This document shows positions 60,001-64,000 of a stretch of 64,000 bases of DNA, one piece after another. Below the pieces are notes generated by a model that was not told where the DNA came from, did no database searches, and was given only the letters and a program-made list of their open reading frames with translations. The stretch spans positions 53,136,001 through 53,200,000 of the forward strand of contig NC_087436.1 in the NCBI RefSeq assembly GCF_036321535.1, given 5' to 3'. A program made the position numbers and the translations under genes. The stretch comes from Camelus dromedarius. Taxonomy: Eukaryota. Each line of letters begins with the position of its first letter. Position 1 is the stretch's first letter.

Positions 60001-63000
60001 AATTTTATCTGTTTTGTTTATCTTATCAAAGAAACTAAAAGCTAGTTCTTTTGACTTATTTTTTTAATCTCTATTTTTTTTTAATTTCTGCTCTGATGTT
60101 TATGATTTCTTTCCTTCTGCTAACTTTGGGTTTTGTTTGTTCTTCTTTTTCTATATGTTTTAGGTGTGAGGTTAGGTTTATTTGAGATTGTTCTTGTTTC
60201 CTGAGGTAAGCTCATATCACTGTAAACTTCCCTCTTAGAACTGCTTTTGCTGCATCCCATAGATTTTGTATTGTCCTGTTTTCATTTTCACTTTTTCTAG
60301 GTATTTTTAAAATTTCCTTCTTGATTTCTTCAGGGAACCATGGGTTGTTTAGTAGCATATTGTTTAGCCTCCACATGTTTGTGTTTATTGCAGTTTTTTC
60401 TTGTAGTTGATTTCTAATTTCATAGTGTTGTGGCTGGAAAAGATGCTTGATATGATTTCAGTTTTCCCAAATTTACTGGGAGTTGTTTTGTGGCCTAGCA
60501 TGTGATCTGTTCTGGAGAATGTTCCATATACACTTGAAAAGAATGTATTCTGCTGCTTTCAGGTGGCATACTCTAAATTATCAATTAAGTCCCCTTGGTC
60601 TCTTGTATTACCTAAGACCTGTGTCTCCTTATTGATTTTCTGTCTGGATCTTCTGTCCGTTCATATAAGTGGGTGTTAAAGTTCCCTACTTTCATTATGT
60701 TACTATTGATTTCTCCTTTTATGTCCATTAAGATTTGCCTTATGTGTTGAGGTACTCCTGTGTTGAGTGCTTATATATTTACAGTTGTTATAGCATCTTC
60801 CTGGGTTGATCCCTTGGTCATTTTGTAGTGTCTTTCTTTATCTCTTATAACAGTCTTTATTTCAAAGTTTATTTGTCTGATATAAGTATTGCTACTACAG
60901 CTTTCTTTTGATCTCCATTTAAGTAGAATACCTTTTTCCACCCCCTCACTTTCAGTCTGTATCTGTCTCTAGATCTGAAGTGAGTCTCTTGTAGGCAGCA
61001 AATATGAGTCTTGTTTTTGTATCCATTCAGCCAGTCTATGTCTTTTGGTTGGAGTATTTAGTTGGTTTACATTTAATGTAAAATGTAATTAAATTACATT
61101 TAATTTATTGGTATGTATGTTCTTATTGCCATTTTGTTAATTGTTTTGGATTTGTTTTGGTAGATGTCTTTTTTTCCTTTTTTTCTTTTGTTCTCTTGTG
61201 ATTTGATGACTATCTTTAGTGTTATGTTTTGATTGCTTTCTTTTTTGTGTGTATATATATTATAGATTATTGGCTTGCAATTACCATGAGGTTTTGGTAT
61301 AGCAGTCTGTATCTATATATGATTGTTTAAAATTGCTGATTTCTGAATTTCAAATGCATTTTAAATACCCTGAATTTATGCTCTCCTCCCCTCATGATTA
61401 CTGTTTTTGATACCATATTTTACATTTAGTTGTTTTGTGTATCCCTTAAGTGCTTATTGTGTATACAGATGATTTTACTAGTTTTGTCATTTAACCTTCT
61501 TCCGAGTTTGTGCATGGATGATTTCCTACTTTTACTGTGTATTTACCTTTACCAGTGAGCTTTTCCATTTTATAGTTTTCTTGTTTCTAGTTGTGGCGTT
61601 TTCTTTTCTACTGAGAGAAGTTCCTTTAGCACTTGTTGTAAAGCTGTTTTTGTGGTGCTGAATTCTTTTACCTTTTGCTTATCTGTAGAGCTTTTGATTT
61701 CCCCATCAAATTTGAATGACAGCCTTGCTGTTAGGGTATTCTTTGTTGTAGGTTTTTCCCTTTCATCACTTTAAATATATAGTGCCACTCCTTTCTGTCT
61801 ACAGAGTTTCTGGTGAAATATCAGCTGATAACCTTATGAGAGTTCCCTTGTATGTTTTTATTGCTTTTCCTTTGTTGCTTTTAATATTCTGTCTTTGTCT
61901 TTAACTTTTATCATTTTAATCATACTATGTCTAGGTTTTGTTCTTAGGGTAATCCTGTATGGGACTCTGTGTTTCCTGGACTTGGTTGACTGTTTCCTTT
62001 ACCAAGTTAGGGAATTTTTCAGCTATTATCTCTTATTAAATATTTTCTCAGGCCCTTTCTCTCTCTCTTCTCCTTCTGGGACCCCTATAATGCAAATATT
62101 AGTGTCCTTGATGTTGTCCCAGAGTTCTCTTAAAGTGTCCTTCTTTCTTTTCTTTCTTTTTTCTTTTTTCCTGTTTTGTGGTAGTGATTTTTACTACCCT
62201 GTCTTCTATCACTCGCCTGTTCTTCTGTCGCATTTAGTTTACTGTTGGTTTCTTCTACTGTGTTTTTGTGCACCCATTCTTCTCCCAAATTCTCTGAACA
62301 TCTTTATGACCGTTACTGAAAACTCTTTCTCAGATAGATGGCCTATCTCCACATCACTTAGTTCTTCTTCTGAGATTTTGTCTAGAACATATTCCTCTGC
62401 TGCCTTGTTTTGTCTAAATTTCTATTGTATTTTTATGTTATGTAGTAGGTTAGTTACATTTCTTGACTTTGGAGAAGTATCCCATTGTAGGAGATGTCCT
62501 GTGCATCCCAGCAGTGAACTCCCCTCTCGTCACCTAAGGACTAGGGGCCAGCTGGTCCCAGGGTAGTCTGGTCTGAATTTTGGACTCATTTCAAAGGCTG
62601 CAGGATCATAGTTTTCTTGCTCCTGGTGTCTGTTCCCAGGTAGGTGAGACTGGTCTAGAGGCTTGTGCAGTCCTCCTGGTGGGTGGCGCTGGTGCCTGCC
62701 CACTGGTGATGGATCTGGATCCTGCCCCTGTGATGGCAGGTGGCTTTGGGCTTAGGAAATCTTTAGAGAGCCTGTCTACTGATGGGTAGGACTGTGTTCC
62801 CACCCAGTTATTTGTTTGCCTGAGGTGTCCCAGCACTGGAGCCTACAGGCTGTGGGGTGAGGCCAGGTACTAATGACCCAAGCAAGATATCAGCCTGGAG
62901 GAGCATTTGTGCAGATGAATACTCCCCAGTATATTGGCCACCAGCTTTTCGGTTTCTAGAGTGATCCAAAGCTACCTCTCACCTCCCCAGGAGACCCTCC

Positions 63001-63506
63001 AAGACCAGCAGGTAGGTCTGGCCCTGGTTTCTATGAAATTACTGCTTTTCCCCTTGGTCCAGTACATGGGATTTTGTGTGTGCCCTTTAAGAGTGAGGTC
63101 TCCATTTCCCCCATTCCTCTGGAGCTCCTACAGTTAAGCCCCACTGGCCATATAAACCAAATACCCTGGGAGCTCCTCTTCTTGATGGCAGACCCCCAGG
63201 CTGGGGAATCTGCCATGGGGCTCAGAGCTCTCACTTCTATGGGAGAACTTATGCAATACAGTTATTCTTCAGTTTGTCAGTCATCCATCCCGGAGGGTAT
63301 GGGATTTGATTATATCGTAAGTGTGCCCCTTCTACCACCTCATAGTGGTTCCTTCTTTACGTCTTTAGGTGTAGAATATCTTTTTTGGTAGGTTCCAGTC
63401 TTTTTTATCAATGGTTGTTCAGTAGTTAGTTGTGATTTTGTTATGTTCATGAGAGGATGTAAGCTCAAGTTCCTACTATGCCATCTTAATCCAGTAATCT
63501 CTCACT
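57032..63506 (-). mobile_element. LINE-1, about 6.5 kb, near full-length and decayed, in TRMT10A intron 2
   Basis: RT fragment ([13 protein letters not shown]...LFADDM), 3' end and tail at ~57032, AAGATGGC-type 5' start near 63487; 19-bp TSD with 2 mismatches (57013-57031 / 63507-63525). Confidence 0.93.
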
Positions 63507-63657
63507 CTGATATTTGACAATTTTTGATCTACAGAAATGGCAGTTTCTTACGGTTTAGGTTGCTGATTTTAAAAATTGTTTGTCTATTAAGAAAAGTCTT
63601 GTAAATATCTGAATATACAAATAACAATAAAAAATTGTTTTCAACTACTAATTTTAG

Positions 63658-63820
63658 ACAAAAGCGGAAGGAAAAACGCAAGAGAAAGCAGTTAGAGCGA
63701 CAGTGTCAACTGGAATCAAATACAGATGGAAGTGACAGAAAACGTATTCGAAGAGACGTTGTTCACAGCACACTCCGCCTTATCGTTGACTGCAGTTTTG
63801 ACAGCTTGATGGTACTAAAG
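63658..63820 (+). CDS. TRMT10A: TRMT10A second coding exon ([15 protein letters not shown]...[15 protein letters not shown]); gene continues off-window
   Basis: tttag|A...AAG|gtatcc, 163 nt, in phase with the previous exon; includes the start of the SPOUT domain (IVDCSFD). Confidence 0.95.
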
Positions 63821-64000
63821 GTATCCTGAATACCTTTAATAGGTCTGAAAATAGACTGAATAATTCTTGCTTTAACATGTAATATGACTTTGATAAGAAT
63901 TTGTTTACTAAAATGCATCTTAAATCAAACTTTTCAACATCTGTACCCCCAAATTAAAGTAGTTAATAAGTTCCTTTTATTCATATGTTATAGTACAGAC

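Noticed and set aside
61895..62566. 223-aa plus-strand hydrophobic ORF
   Set aside because: It is the antisense reading of the A-rich L1 ORF1 region, which yields F/L/S-rich pseudo-membrane peptides.

Overview
Mammalian genomic DNA, most likely a camelid (inferred from two Vic-1-like tRNA-derived SINEs and an artiodactyl-type MTTP sequence). The minus strand carries MTTP (microsomal triglyceride transfer protein large subunit) coding exons 1-15 (36601 down to 1915; 2217 nt, 739 codons, all GT-AG and in phase); exons 16-18 lie off the left edge. The proximal MTTP promoter (DR1, HNF4-like and HNF1 sites) is at about 36.7-36.8 kb. A CpG-island promoter at about 44.8-45.9 kb drives TRMT10A on the plus strand (non-coding first exon(s), coding exons at 56099-56283 and 63658-63820). 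Two decayed antisense L1s of 5.6 and 6.5 kb inflate the TRMT10A introns. Beyond the two genes, the most notable observations are: (i) a chain of decayed, splice-site-flanked, exon-like segments on the plus strand between the MTTP and TRMT10A promoters, possibly a fossil of a lost gene (speculative, needs a homology search); (ii) a 3'-truncated 'tailless' 5S rRNA retrocopy with a clean target-site duplication (TSD) in MTTP intron 9; (iii) a candidate upstream MTTP first exon in the shared CpG island; (iv) an ERV1-type solo LTR pointing at MTTP; and (v) several small retrotransposition footprints. All family and orthology calls come from recognition by eye; no searches were run.
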